Below are positions 25,456-38,710 of a DNA stretch of 64,000 nucleotides, one piece after another. The notes under the pieces are model-generated. The model was given only the letters and a program-made list of their open reading frames with translations, did no database searches and was not told the origin of the DNA. A program made the position numbers and the translations under genes. Positions within the stretch are counted from its first letter, which is position 1. The number at the start of each line of letters is the position of its first letter. Origin of the DNA: Octopus bimaculoides (Eukaryota). Location: NCBI RefSeq assembly GCF_001194135.2, contig NC_068981.1:194579252-194643251 (forward strand). Direction: 5' to 3'.

Positions 25456-25930
25456 NNNNNNNNNNNNNNNNNNNNNNNNNNNNNNNNNNNNNNNNNNNNN
25501 NNNNNNNNNNNNNNNNNNNNNNNNNNNNNNNNNNNNNNNNNNNNNNNNNNNNNNNNNNNNNNNNNNNNNNNNNNNNNNNNNNNNNNNNNNNNNNNNNNNN
25601 NNNNNNNNNNNNNNNNNNNNNNNNNNNNNNNNNNNNNNNNNNNNNNNNNNNNNNNNNNNNNNNNNNNNNNNNNNNNNNNNNNNNNNNNNNNNNNNNNNNN
25701 NNNNNNNNNNNNNNNNNNNNNNNNNNNNNNNNNNNNNNNNNNNNNNNNNNNNNNNNNNNNNNNNNNNNNNNNNNNNNNNNNNNNNNNNNNNNNNNNNNNN
25801 NNNNNNNNNNNNNNNNNNNNNNNNNNNNNNNNNNNNNNNNNNNNNNNNNNNNNNNNNNNNNNNNNNNNNNNNNNNNNNNNNNNNNNNNNNNNNNNNNNNN
25901 NNNNNNNNNNNNNNNNNNNNNTTTATTCTG

Positions 25931-25971
<41 letters not shown>

Positions 25972-26396
25972 CTTAATGTATTGTTTGATACTCAGAGCAA
26001 CAACATACATCTATATGAGAAATTAAATGTTTGAAGTAAACCTACATACATACACAGAGGACATTTTCTGAGGAGGTTCACTAAGGCTGAAATATGTCCA
26101 GAGTTACTTCCCCTGTGTTCCAAAATAATTAGGATAATATTACTTACTGATTAAATATATTTTTCCAGGCTGCATAATTTATTTTCTAATTAGATTTTTA
26201 ATGCTCCTTACATTCAGTGTGTTAACACCAAGTAAACTAGAATTTATAACATGTTATTTATTTTTGAGGTTTGTGGTACATTTTGCGGTAATTTTTGTTG
26301 TATCTCTGTTCATTGTGTTCAGAATTGAAACCTCTTCCTGCCCTAGTCATTCAACCCCCTGAACAATCTTTCCTTTTCTTTGTTTTCCATTTTTAG

Positions 26397-26528
26397 ACAG
26401 CACGACTCATAGTCTCTATGTTGTCTCCTGTGGTTGAGTTCTACGAACGCATTTTCGTTGTGTTTTACATGGTGAAAGAAATCAAACACCGAGAGATCTT
26501 CAAGTCAATGTTTGCTTCTAGTCCTTGG
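26397..26528 (+). CDS. LYST: LYST exon (TARLIVSMLSP...HREIFKSMFASSPW)
   Basis: tttag| (alternative AG at 26399-26400) ... TGG|gtgagt; phase 0 to 0. Confidence 0.86.
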
Positions 26529-27486
26529 GTGAGTGACCTTTTAATCTATCCTCTCCTTCCCCCTTCCTCTTCCTGCTCCCCTTCCCTTTCTTCTCCTCCC
26601 CTCCCTTCCCATCTTCCTCTTCCCTTTCCTCCCCTTCATCTGAGTATTTCTTTCCTCCACCCTCCATTAGAGTAGCTTTTCTTCCCTTCCATCAATGGAT
26701 ATCTCCACACTTCCCTTTGAGTGAGTAACAAACCCCAATTCTTTGAATCAGTAACTCTAAATTCTTTCGCCAACCAACTTAATATCCTCCATGTTCCTTT
26801 GTTATCTACAAACCTTGAGCGAGTTCCTCCACATACCTTGTTCGAGTATGTCCAGAAATGCTTGAGTAACTCCACGTTCTTTAGATGAGTAACTAAACTC
26901 CTCCCGTTACTCAATGAGTAACCTACTACTCCTCATACTCCTCGAGTGACTACCTGAACTCTTCACATTTCTTTCGGTGAGTACCACTCGTCTCTGTCCT
27001 CTTTGAGGGTGAAATGCCTTTTCTATTGTTGTCTTTCCTCTTACCCCTCCTCTACGCCTTATCCCTACCCCTTTGCACCTTAGCCTCCCTACTCTCCCCA
27101 CGACCCACCAACTCTTCATTCCTAATGACCCCAATTGCTCCTCTTTGAGCAAATGAAAGGCTCCCAAAGTAGTCATTTGATCTGCTAGAGATAGCAACCA
27201 AGTCTCAAATCAAACTGTACATTTTTTTTTCAAAATGAACACATTGGATGATGTAGTTCTGAGGTATACTTTGCCTAAAAAAATACTGATTGGTCTTAGC
27301 TGGAAAGCTTTCCATCATAGATCTGTGGGGTATGACCAGCCTGGGGTTAAACATCAACCCGCATTCCTACAATACCAGCCATTTTTTTTTTCTACCTCCC
27401 TCACGTCCTCTGGCTAACCACTTCTCCTTCTCCACCTCAACCAACTCTTATCAATGTTGTAAGCTCTCCCGTATGTCCCCCTACAG

Positions 27487-27663
27487 GTTAACAGTCTGCT
27501 GCCTTTCCTTCATGAGCTGCTGTCCTCTTACAAAGACCAAATGTCCAACAGTCAACAGGACAACATCAACTGCCTGTTTGGTTTGCTCAAGAAATCTGGG
27601 TCACGGCTGCTCTTCTCCCCGGAGATCCACAACAACACCCCGGATAAAGGCAAGTTGGAGCAG
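27487..27663 (+). CDS. LYST: LYST exon (VNSLLPFLHELL...KLEQ)
   Basis: ctacag| ... CAG|gtacgt; phase 0 to 0. Confidence 0.88.
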
Positions 27664-28214
27664 GTACGTTCCTAACGCTCTCACTATTGTAACACATCTA
27701 AAACCATCTGATACTACCATCGTACATTCATCATCACCATCACCATCATCATTTAATGTTTAATTTTTCCATGCTTGAATGGTTCAAATGGAATTTGTTG
27801 AAGTAGATTTTTCTACGTCTGGGTACTCTTCCTGTTGCCAACCCTCACCTGTTTCCAAGCAAAGTAATATTTCCAGATGGCCAGACAGGTTTCTCATGGA
27901 AGGTTGGAACTGAAGGACACTGCTGGTATGATAATGTTTGTCTACGACTATCATGCCATGTCAAGGCAAGGAAACACTAACACACACACACACACACATG
28001 ACAGGCTGCTTTCAGTTTTCATCTCCCAAATCCACTCTCAAGGCTTTGGTCAGCCCAAGGCTTATAGTAGAAGACATTTGCCCAAGGTGCCTTGCTGCTG
28101 CCACCACACTACCACTGCCAAAAACACCACCACTAGAAATTCTATCATCCAGACACCCCCACCTCTCATCTGTGACCATCCCTCATGAATTCTTTTCTGT
28201 TTGTTACATTGAAG

Positions 28215-28291
28215 GAAATCAAAACAGTTTCAGAACAGCTGGAAGAAGAGAAGCAGGAATGGCTGAAGAGGAGGCATCAACACTTAAGCAG
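28215..28291 (+). CDS. LYST: LYST exon (EIKTVSEQLEEEKQEWLKRRHQHLS)
   Basis: tgaag| ... AG|gtatat; phase 0 to 2. Confidence 0.82.
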
Positions 28292-28419
28292 GTATATACC
28301 CCCACCCTCTACTCTTTCTTTCTCCTACACACACACACATATATATAAGGATAAGGGAAATTTGGGGAGGGACACATCCAGGCAATCAATACAAATTCCA
28401 AAGCAGAAAATAAAATAAA

Positions 28420-28865
28420 TCATCATCATCATCGTCGATTAACGTCCGTTTTTCCATGCTGGCATGGGTTGGATGGTTTGACTGAGGACTAGCAAACCAG
28501 TTGGCTGCACCAGGCTTCAATCTGATCTGGCAAGATTTCTACAGCTGGATACCCTTCCTAATGCTAACCACTCTGAGAGTGTAGCAGGTGCTTTTTACGT
28601 GCCACCGGCACAGGAGCCAGTAAGGCGAGCCTGGCAGCGATCACTTTAGGATGGTGCTTTTTACATGCCACCGGCACAGGAACCAGTACGGGGGTTCTGG
28701 CGTTGGTCACGATTGGTTGGTGCTTTTTATGTGCCACCAGCACCAGAGCCAGTAAGGCGGGCCTGGCAATGAACACGTTCAGATGGCGCTTTTTACATGC
28801 CACCGGCACACGCACCAGTCAGGTGGGTACTGGCATTGGTCACAATCAGTTGGGTTTTTTTTTAA
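28420..28865 (-). mobile_element. RTE LINE 3' fragment with about 5 internal units
   Basis: Family motifs; (ATC)n at left end; boundaries approximate. Confidence 0.8.
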
Positions 28866-29760
28866 GCGCCACCAGCAAATTTATAAATCTTATCAAATTA
28901 TTACCATGTAGGATTTCATCACGAAGGAAAACATCCTGATGAGTGGGGGGGCATTATGTTTCTGTATTTGGAATACTTAAAACACCATTTATACATTTAT
29001 TGTACCCTTGAAACGGCTGTAGATGATATCCTTTACCTGAATTCACCTGAATCTGTATATATTTATTTTATCTACCTATTTACCCTTGAATTTTTTAATT
29101 TTGAACTCTCGTATACACATCAAATTCTTAATCGATTCAAACAGTTCATTTTGGAAGCCCTTACCTCGAATTTTTATCTCTTTATTTGTCACTCCTCCAC
29201 TCAGTACCTGAACCCAACGTACATGATGCAGAGTTTTCACATGACATTTACATGTAATTTTGTTCACTGATTTATAAATTTATTTGTATATTTATTTGGT
29301 TGTGTGTTTAGAATTATGCTTTGAAATTTGTATCGATTACCTAGATGTGTTCCTTCTATAATTTCCCTTATCCTTTGATTTAGCTCACAATGTGCACTTC
29401 TTAACACAGCCCATATAATGTGAAACACTTAAAAACATACTTTATAAGAAAATTTAACTATATATATATATATATATATATCGTTGCTCTTATTTTAAAC
29501 TGTCATATGTCCAAATTTGGTCAAATGCATTTTTTTTTCAATATTTATCTTTGCTTGCAATAGCCGGTTCTTTTAGTGTCAAACTATCATATCTCCAGCT
29601 GCTTCAGTTGTCAAGATATTAAAAATTGTCGAAGTGTGGTACAACAGTTCAACTATGGAATGGTGAAACTATTTTTTTGTTTTCTGAAAACCAATATTTT
29701 GTACTCAATAGGATTTAATCCTTGTTATAATTTCTTTTATTTTTTTTTTCTTCTGTTCAG

Positions 29761-29952
29761 GATTCTGTATATAAAAAACGAAAGCCTTATCAAGAATTTA
29801 GCTGATTCTGCAATGGAAGTAACACAACAAGTGTTCCGCATGCAAAACAAAGAGAGGAAAGAATTGGTCACCCATCTGAAACAGTCCATGACTGACCGAA
29901 TCCAGATTAAAAAATCCTGGCAAGATTTAGTGCAACAACTGACCCACGAGAA
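29761..29952 (+). CDS. LYST: LYST exon (ILYIKNE...KSWQDLVQQLTHE)
   Basis: ttcag| ... AA|gtgagt; phase 2 to 2. Confidence 0.95.
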
Positions 29953-30218
29953 GTGAGTATTAGATCTGATGTAAAGATTGTTTGCCAACATAAAATGGCA
30001 GTTCTGGTTTAGGACGAATGTTGCTGTAATTTAGCCCCAGGAGACATCGTCTCCAGTTGGCTATACAACACAATCTGTGTCCTTTTATATTTTCAACATT
30101 CATCCTAAACCAGGACTGCCATGTTATGTTGGCAAACAATCTTTACTACAAAGTACTGTTGCTGAATATATCTCATTGTGAGATTTACAAATAGTAATTT
30201 TCTAATTTATAGATCCGA

Positions 30219-30568
30219 TACAGTTCAATATTTAAGTGATGAGGAATTATTTACATTATTTATATTAATTACATTTGACAGATATTTATCCTCATCTTGT
30301 TTGTTGTTAACTACGCCATATTCCCATGGGCATATGGTGTAGTGGTTAAGAGCATGGGCTACTAACCCCAAAATTCCGAATTCGATTCCAGGCAGTAACC
30401 TGAATAATAATAATAATAATAATAATATCGAAAAATACCTTAGGAATGAGAACCCAGGTTCGAAATTTCCCCAAGACACCTGAAGAAGGCTAACAGGTAT
30501 ATCAGCTGAAACATTGTGTTAACAACAAACAAGATGAGTACAAACATCCGTCAAATGTAAATAATGTA
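30219..30568 (+). mobile_element. Family A element with an inverted copy of its own 3' end in front of the tRNA head; degenerate hammerhead at 30475-30520
   Basis: 30219-30312 is the reverse complement of the element tail; head starts at about 30328. Confidence 0.8.
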
Positions 30569-31058
30569 TATAGATCTGATGTGTGATATTATTTGATACA
30601 TTCTTCTTGGATTATAGAATTAATTTGTTGCTTGATTTAAACATCACAATGTCTGGTCCTTGGATACTTCTTGCAAAGTTCACTCTTCAAGACAGTCTCC
30701 AGTTTGAGGATGACTTTTTCACTTCCACCAGTTTCAAAATACCTAAAAATGGTCAGAAGTGCTGCTCTTTTCCTCATCACATATCATTTCACATGCTATC
30801 ACATCATATCTGTTATTTAACACTTCTCACACATCATTTACTCTGTCTTAAAGTTGGGTTGAAAATTCCATTGGTATTATTGGATTTTTCAGCTGAAAAC
30901 AATATTGTTACCATCTTTGAGATTTATAACTTGTATCTTTATCTTTTAAATTATTTCTTGTCTTCTATTTATTATGTCTTTTAATTAGTCAACATCCATT
31001 TCTATTTAGTTCATCCCTCTAACAGCCCCTATTGTCTTTTTATTTTCTTCTTTCTCAG

Positions 31059-31204
31059 GGCCATATGGTTTTGCCCCCAGTCATATCCTCGATCATGGCA
31101 GCTAGATCCAACGGAAGGACCCTGTCGAATACGAAAGAGAATGCAAAGGTGCCACTTGGGGATTTCTGAAAGATATATCAGTCCTAAATTTTGGGACAAG
31201 TTAA
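31059..31204 (+). CDS. LYST: LYST exon ([31 protein letters not shown]...)
   Basis: ctcag| ... A|gtaagt; WQLDPTEGP motif; phase 2 to 1. Confidence 0.96.
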
Positions 31205-31687
31205 GTAAGTATAATTAAATCTTGGCTGTGTGATTATGAAGTTCACTTTAGAGAGGGAGTTGCGGGGAGGGGAAAGCTGTTAGTGATATAAATCTATTTT
31301 GGAAAGGGAGAAAACTCATGGGAGGTTTCGGTTATTCTGACCTCATCAGTGAACTGTACATCAGGAGTTGGCAAAGTGGTCAATATTTATTTCTTTATTG
31401 CCCACAGGGGGCTAAATATAGAGAGGACAAACAAGGACAGACAAACGGATTAAGTCGATTACATCAACCCCAGTGAGTAACTGGTACTTATTTAATCAAC
31501 CCCAAAATGATGAAAGGGAAAGTTGACCTTGGCGGAATTTGAACTCAGAACGTAACGGCAGACAAAATACCACTAAGCATTTTGCCCGGAATGCTAACGA
31601 TTCTGCCAGCTTGCTGCCCTATGTGGTCAATATTGACCACAAGGTTATCCAAGGAGTCAATAAACACTTGAAAAGATTCTGAGCAGG

Positions 31688-32266
31688 AGACCCAGGAAGA
31701 CATGGGATGAAGTGGTGAAGCATGACCTTCGGACATTGGGCCTCACAGAGGCAATGACAAAAGACCGAGACCTCTGGAGATATGCTGTGACTGAGAAGAC
31801 CCAGCAAATAAAGTGAGTTCACAGCTGTAAACTACACCAGTTTCGCATAACCAGCCCACTCAAAAAGTACCTTGGATCGTAGGGCGACACGCTGTGCTTG
31901 AGGAGACCTATTGAGTCAAGTACATTAAAATCAAAATGAAATCAAATGGAAATTGTAGTTGTGATCCTCGTGCCAATGGCTTTTATAAAGCACCATCCGA
32001 ACATCGCTAATGCCAGCGCCGCCTTGACTGATTCCATGCCACCTGATTGTGGCCGATGCCAACCCCCTATGGTGCCTGTGCTGGTGGCCTGTAAAACAGC
32101 ACCCTCTACACTCACGGAGTGGTTAGCATTAGGAAGGGCATCCAGCTGTAAAAACACTGCTAAATCAGTTTGGGGCCTCGTGCAGCCTCCTGGCTTCCCC
32201 AACCCCAGTCAAACCGTCCAACCCATACCAGCATGGAAAACAGACATTAAACGAGGATGATGATGA
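31688..32266 (+). mobile_element. RTE LINE 3' fragment including ORF C-terminus
   Basis: RPRKTWDEVVKHDLRTLGL remnant and tail. Confidence 0.83.
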
Positions 32267-32443
32267 AATTAGAGATGTTGAAGATATCAACAATTCAGTG
32301 ATATGAGAAATTTACAGTGTAGATGTTGAAGTAGTGATGAATCTCTCAGTAAATGTATCAAAATCTAGACTGATTGATGTAGGAAGATTGTCAAATATTT
32401 CCTAATTTTAATTTAATTGCCCTGTACATTTTTTCCTTTTCAG

Positions 32444-32549
32444 CGGCTGAAAAAGTTGATCCACCATTGCTCTTTCTGTTTGAAGATGATCACCAAACAT
32501 CAGATTCTGCTGCCTTGATGTACCGACTTTACACTAGCGAGAAGATCCA
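32444..32549 (+). CDS. LYST: LYST exon (AEKVDPPLLFLFEDD...SEKI)
   Basis: ttcag| ... CA|gtaagt; phase 1 to 2. Confidence 0.92.
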
Positions 32550-33130
32550 GTAAGTATTGAACCCCGAAATTCTGAGAAATCCACAGATTAACAACAAATG
32601 ATTCACCACTGGTGCACACACGTCACCTCACTGTTATATCTGTTAGGTTAAAATATGTCCATTATTACTGCAAAAATAATAGAGAATTAAGCAGATAATT
32701 TCATAGAATGATGTATGTATGGCTGTCGACCTTAAAGTGCAAGGGTAATTTACCTTTGCCAAACATTGAATACAGTTTATGCTATGTAAGAACGAGTAGG
32801 TGATGAGAATATATCTAATAGAACAAAGTGACACGGTTCTGTGTGTTCAGACTACCAACTTTTTATAACTGTGGGCAAGACTTTCTAGAACCTTTGAAAT
32901 ATAATATGGTAGGAAGCCTGCATAACTTTTTTAATGTGTGTTGTCATTCACTGATACAAACCAGCCAATGTTGATTGGTTTGTAAACATTTATGTAGGTG
33001 TTCTGTTCCCCCAGGGCCATTCATACGTTTTATGGTAATATTATTAGGCTGTAAGGCTTAACTGGAAGTCTAAGTGAAGTGGTTCAAATTGAGGCAGAGA
33101 CCTACTATAGATTATCATCTATTTTATATA

Positions 33131-33340
33131 CAGGCCGGCCTAAAAGTAGGTTTACAGTTATTCAACAATCTCTTTTGCATTCATATATTAACAGTTTAGA
33201 TCTTAATTATAGACAAATATGAAACCATTATTCTATGCTAATTTAGTTAACTGTAAGATAGAAATTTAAATGTAATAAAATGTTTTAAAAGAAATTTAAA
33301 GTGCCTACGTGATAACTGTAACCCTACTTTTGGGCCATAT
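33131..33340. mobile_element. Tc1/mariner-type MITE
   Basis: Imperfect TIR GGCC(T/C)AAAAGTAGG(T/G)TTACAGTTAT in TA context. Confidence 0.65.
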
Positions 33341-34104
33341 ATATTATTTTTATTATATTAAGGGCATTACTACATGTAAATGCCTCACGCTATGAGGGAC
33401 TCTTAAAGTCAAAACTACTATAATAAATATACAGTGTACCAACACCGAGAGAATGCAACTTGGAAATTGTCTCTTAAAAACAGATTCAGCTGCAAATCAT
33501 ATGATTTCAAAGTTAGTGTACATAATCCACTTTCTAATCATCAGTGCAGGCATAATCAAGACACATAAAAATGAACAATATTCAACATACCAGACGAACA
33601 CCAAATGTATCCAGCATAGTATATAGAGATGTTCACACTTATATATCTATGTAAGAGGCGGACTTTTCAAATTGCATCTTGGTACACGTGTATATTTGGA
33701 ATGGGAGACAATATTGGTCTCTAAAAGATGGAGACTTTAAGGGTTACTTTTATTTTACTTGTTCCAGTCATTAGACTGAGGCCATGCTGGGGCAGTGGCT
33801 CAAAGAATTTTTAGTCAAATGAATCAACGCCAGTACTTATGCTATTGGTCTCTTTTGCTGAACTGCTAAGTTATCGTGATGTAAACACACTGACACACAC
33901 ACACATGACAGGCTTCTTCCAGTTTCCGTCTACCAAATCTATTCACAAGGTTTTAGTGGAAGACACCTGTCGAAGGTGCCACGCAGTGGGACTGAACCCA
34001 GAACCATGTGGTTGGGAAGCAGGCTTCTTAGCAGACAGACAGACAGACACACTGATATTTTATATTGTTTGAAGTAAATGTTTGATCTTATTTCTTTGTC
34101 TTAG

Positions 34105-34166
34105 GTTCACCTGTGGTTGTACAACCGTATCCCCGTCATCGGAAAGTAAAGGAGAGCTACTGATAG
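34105..34166 (+). CDS. LYST: LYST exon, PH domain start (FTCGCTTVSPSSESKGELLI)
   Basis: cttag| ... G|gtaaag; phase 2 to 1. Confidence 0.92.
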
Positions 34167-35842
34167 GTAAAGCCATTTCCTTCCATCATCATTCAGTATT
34201 GTCACAGCTCTTCTCTTCAGTCATCAGTCAAACGTTGTCGGTTTGACTGATGACTGAAGAGAATGTTTGAATGAGTTCTACAGACGTAAATTAAGGTGGT
34301 ATAGCATATTGCCAGGTGTGAAGGACTGGCAAAGACAACCCGGTAAAGCCCTGTGCCAAAAAAGAGAGCAAGGGAGCCTCTACGTGGTTGTTCAATTTGC
34401 TCAAAATAGCAGCCAAATTCCTGTCAAATCATGTTATTGTTTTTGAATAGAATGGATGCATTATACAATCAATATAGTCTCTGATATACTGAAAGACAGG
34501 ATGGTCATAGCTGGTGTACCTTTGACCGTTGGTCTTTTTGATCAAGGTGAATCTGGGGCTAAACAAGATAATATGTAAATAAATGCTAAACTCCAAAACT
34601 GCAGCTGTCATGTGTGCAGCTGCACCATGCAATTAACTGCTACTTAATTAGGGTTAATGAGCTCCCGACATGGTGTTCATGAGATTAGTACATGCTGTTT
34701 CTGTGTAGTTACCCTGTATTACTGTGTATTCACACACACACGTACACACACACACACACCACTCTCATGCATACACATACAAACACCTAAGAGACCTAAC
34801 AAGAGAAAATCTCTATATTCGAGTGAGCTCATTGCCAGTGCCGCTGGACTGGCTCCTGTGCAGGTGGCACGTAAAAGACACCATTTTGAGCGTGGCCGTT
34901 GCCAGTACCGTGTGACTGGCCCTCGTGCCGGTGGCATGCAAAAGCACCCACTACTCTCTCGGAGTGGTTGGCGTTAGGAAGGGCATCCAGCTGTAGAAAC
35001 TCTGCCAGATCAGATTGGGGCCTGGTGCAGCCATCTGGTTCGCCAGTCCTCAGTCAAATCGTCCAACCTATGCTAGCATGGAAAGCGGACGTTAAACGAT
35101 GATGATGATTGCTCAGCCTGGAAGAAATAGCAGTCAAATCTGTCTCAAACTGCATTTATCATCTTGAAAAAGAGACGGACACATTCAATATTATGTTGTT
35201 CCGAGATAACCTAAAAGAGAAAGATTTTCACTGCTAGAATGCTTTTTTTGACCAAACAGACCTGGGGCTAAACACCAATATACACATGGGTAGTCATTCG
35301 AGCCTTACGGAGGAGATGACAAAGGGCCAAGGTACCTGGTGCCTTGCTGTATTCAAGAAAACCCCTCGTCCACAGCAGAATTGTTGATGCAGCTTCTTCT
35401 GCTGAAGAGGATTGACCTACAAGAGCCCTGTGTTGGTGCCACATAAAGGTACTGGTGTTGGTGCCGCGTAAAAAGCACCCAGCACATTCTGTAAATTGGT
35501 TGGTGTTAAGAAGGGCATCCAGCTGTAGAAACCATGCCAAAACACCGGGATCGAGAGAGACAGAATAATGCAGAGGGTTAGGCCATAGACACGAGGTAGA
35601 TAGGGAGAGAATATTCTTTAGGGATTTCTGTCACATAGTTTGAGAGAATGATAGTAATTGAATCATAGAGGGACTAGACCCAGAACACGAGGGGGATTCA
35701 GACTGGAGCCTGGTGCAACTCTCTCTGGCTGGTCAAGCCATCCAACCCATACCAGAATAGAAAACAGACTTATGATGATGATGATGATACACTCACACAC
35801 ACACGTATGTATACTAACCTATTTCCTGTTGTATTATTTCAG

Positions 35843-35901
35843 GTGAACGAAATGTCTACTTTGTGGCTGATGTGGCTGTATCTGACATGAATTATACTCA
35901 G
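35843..35901 (+). CDS. LYST: LYST exon, PH (GERNVYFVADVAVSDMNYTQ)
   Basis: ttcag| ... CAG|gtaaga; phase 1 to 0. Confidence 0.87.
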
Positions 35902-36712
35902 GTAAGAACAACCTCCTACTCTCCCTCCTTACTCTCCCTCCTTACTCTCCTCACCCACTTTCTTCCATCATGGCAACTATGACCGTAACTTTAATCACAT
36001 GTGTAATAATCCTTCCTACTGAAGGCATAAGGCCTTGAAATTAGGAGGGAACCAATCGATTAATTTTGAGGGAGGGGACTAGTCGATTAATTTTGAGGGA
36101 GGGAGCCAGTCAATTAATTTTGGAAGAGGGAACTGTAATCGACTATTCCCCTGCCCCAGTGTATCACTGGTACTTAATTTATCAACCCCAAATGATGAAA
36201 GGCAAAGTCAACCTCGGCGGAATTTGAACTCAGAACCTAAAGACGGATGAAATGCTGTTAAGCACTTTGCCCGACGTGCTAACGATTCTGGCAGCTTGCC
36301 ACCCTCAGCATATGTAATAACAGCACATGCTTCCCATGTGATTCTGGGTTCAGTTCCACTGCATGGCACCTTGGGCAAGATGCTGTTACAAATTGTAACA
36401 AAGATTGTAACACAGTCTTTAAAGTAGATTACAGGGTTGTCTTAAAAATGTAGGAATATATTGCACACTTCGGTCTTGGATATAATATTTCTGAAAATAA
36501 GGTATGTTGGTCATGGCTGGAACGTCAGTCTATAAATATTTAAAGGGTTGAAAGTTAAAAGCTTTGTTGGTTGTTCTTCCTCCTTGGCAGTAATTCCATT
36601 TTATGTGTAGGATTTTGGTTATGAGGGAATTGAGATAACTTTTTTGAAGGCTAATTATGATTCTGTTCTTATGATTTAAAACTAATTATGAATTCTTGAT
36701 AATCTCTAACAG

Positions 36713-36865
36713 GTGTTGCTTGGCAACAAAGATCAACTCTCCATGACGTGGCCACAGATGGATATCAAAGAATTTCTTCCACGTTGGTACCAACTAAAAG
36801 ACGTTGGCCTTGAAATCTTTTTAACAAATGGCAAAACCTGTTTACTGGCATTCAGTTCTACAGAG
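36713..36865 (+). CDS. LYST: LYST exon, PH (..RWYQLKDVGLEIFLTNGKTCLLAF..)
   Basis: aacag| ... GAG|gtaagt; phase 0 to 0. Confidence 0.95.
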
Positions 36866-38710
36866 GTAAGTCCTTATATCGTCGCCATTGTTTTCATTTG
36901 ACTTTGGTTAGCTTCGCTGATGGTCAGAAGATGTTTTGGTACCCCCACTCTTCCTCAGTAAAATGGAAGGGTCAAGTTTTTAACACATCCTGCTATTGAT
37001 GTCTTGTCTGTATTTCAAATTTATGGTGTGGAGAAACCATTTTTATTTTTTAGCACAGTCTGGGCCTCCACTTCAGGCACTTATCCTAAATATTTGTAAA
37101 GAACTTAGCTAGGTGGTGTGTGTGTGTGTTAGTGTATATCTAATTAATGGATTCCAACTTGACAGAGGTTTCCATACTACAGCAAATGTATCATTTGTTG
37201 TTGTATAAAGCAAGTTTTTAGAAGCTATGAACTATGACTTGGTATCCCCAGCTGCCAATGGTTTGAGACATCATTCTTAGCCCAATGGTGTGTTGTTTTC
37301 AAACATAATGTCCATAAGGAGACAATTCCCATATCATATATCTTTTCATGTTTGAGTGTGCATCATCATCGTTTAACGTCCGCTTTCCATGCTGGCATGG
37401 GGTTGGACGCTTTGATTGAGGACTGGCGAGCCAGAAAGCTGCACCAGGCTCCAATCTGATCTGGCAAAGTTTCTACAGCTGGACGCCCTTCCTAACGCCA
37501 ACCACTCCGAGAGTGTAGTGGGTGCTTTTACATGCCACCGGCACAAGGGCCAGTCACACGGTACTAGCAACGGCCACACTCAAAATGGTGTTTAAACATG
37601 TTAAATCTTATACACACCTATATCGCATTCAGCACTGCTTCGTGCTCCTCTAATTAATTCCAGCTTGGCAAAGCTCTGCACACACCAGCAAATGTATCAT
37701 TTGCTGTTCTGATATAGAAACAAACTATTATTGGCTGTGAATTACAACTTGGGATCTGTAGCTGACAATGCACAACAATACAGGAATGCATGTGTCCTCT
37801 GGTCCAATGGCATCGTTCATACCTCAACAATGTGTCTTTCATTTGTTGTCTACAACCCTTTAGCATTCAAATTACTCTGTCAAATGTATTGCTTTTTTAT
37901 TCACATTGTTTTGAATTAATCATGCATTATCTTGTAAATTCAAGATTTTAATTGTGTGATTGTTTATTTTTAGAATGGCATTGAAGGGTAGGTGTGAGAG
38001 GTTAAATCTGGCCACTTACAACATAAAATAAGAGAATATTTGGGCCAGATATGGTTAGTTTAAATGCCAAAGGGATAAGGAGAGTTTCTCTGTCTTGAGA
38101 CAATTTCTGCTGTGTATGTCTCTCCATGTCTGAGTGTACCTGGACCTATTAAATATAATTATACACACCTATATTGTATTTGTGTATGAGAGATTCTGAC
38201 GTGGTTGAGGTTTAACTCATGTAGTATGAGCTAGGTGGGAGTTTTATGAAGGAAGGATTTGGGAAAAATGTATGGCACAGTTGTAGGGTCAGACAGCATT
38301 ATAATGATGAGAGGGACACTTTGGCAGGCGTTGTTTATAGTTTGATAGTTCTGAGAAACAGAAATTGTAGCTGTAAAGATGGATGAGATACAGACAAGAC
38401 ACTGCAGATTGTGGGGTCATGTTTGTGGCAGCCCTCTTTTGTTTTGGTCCTACAGCCAAATGTGTCGCTCCATCTTTTAAGACAGCAGGGTCTGATTTGA
38501 GAGAATTTTGCTGCTATTTTCACCTTTTAGATGACCACATAGTGACCTCTTTGTTGGCTCCAGTAATTTAATGGTCATCTTATGTAGGATTAGTTGAAAG
38601 GCAACAAATAATCAATGTTGAGGTATTTTTTTGCCCCATGAAGTGGACATTTAGGGTTTGAGAGGGGGGGGTGTTCTATTGTTTAATTCTTTTTGTTTGT
38701 TTGTTTGCAG

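Noticed and set aside
33520-33550. CTGATGA on the minus strand as another hammerhead
   Set aside because: No stem II pairing before GAAA and no stem I/III support.
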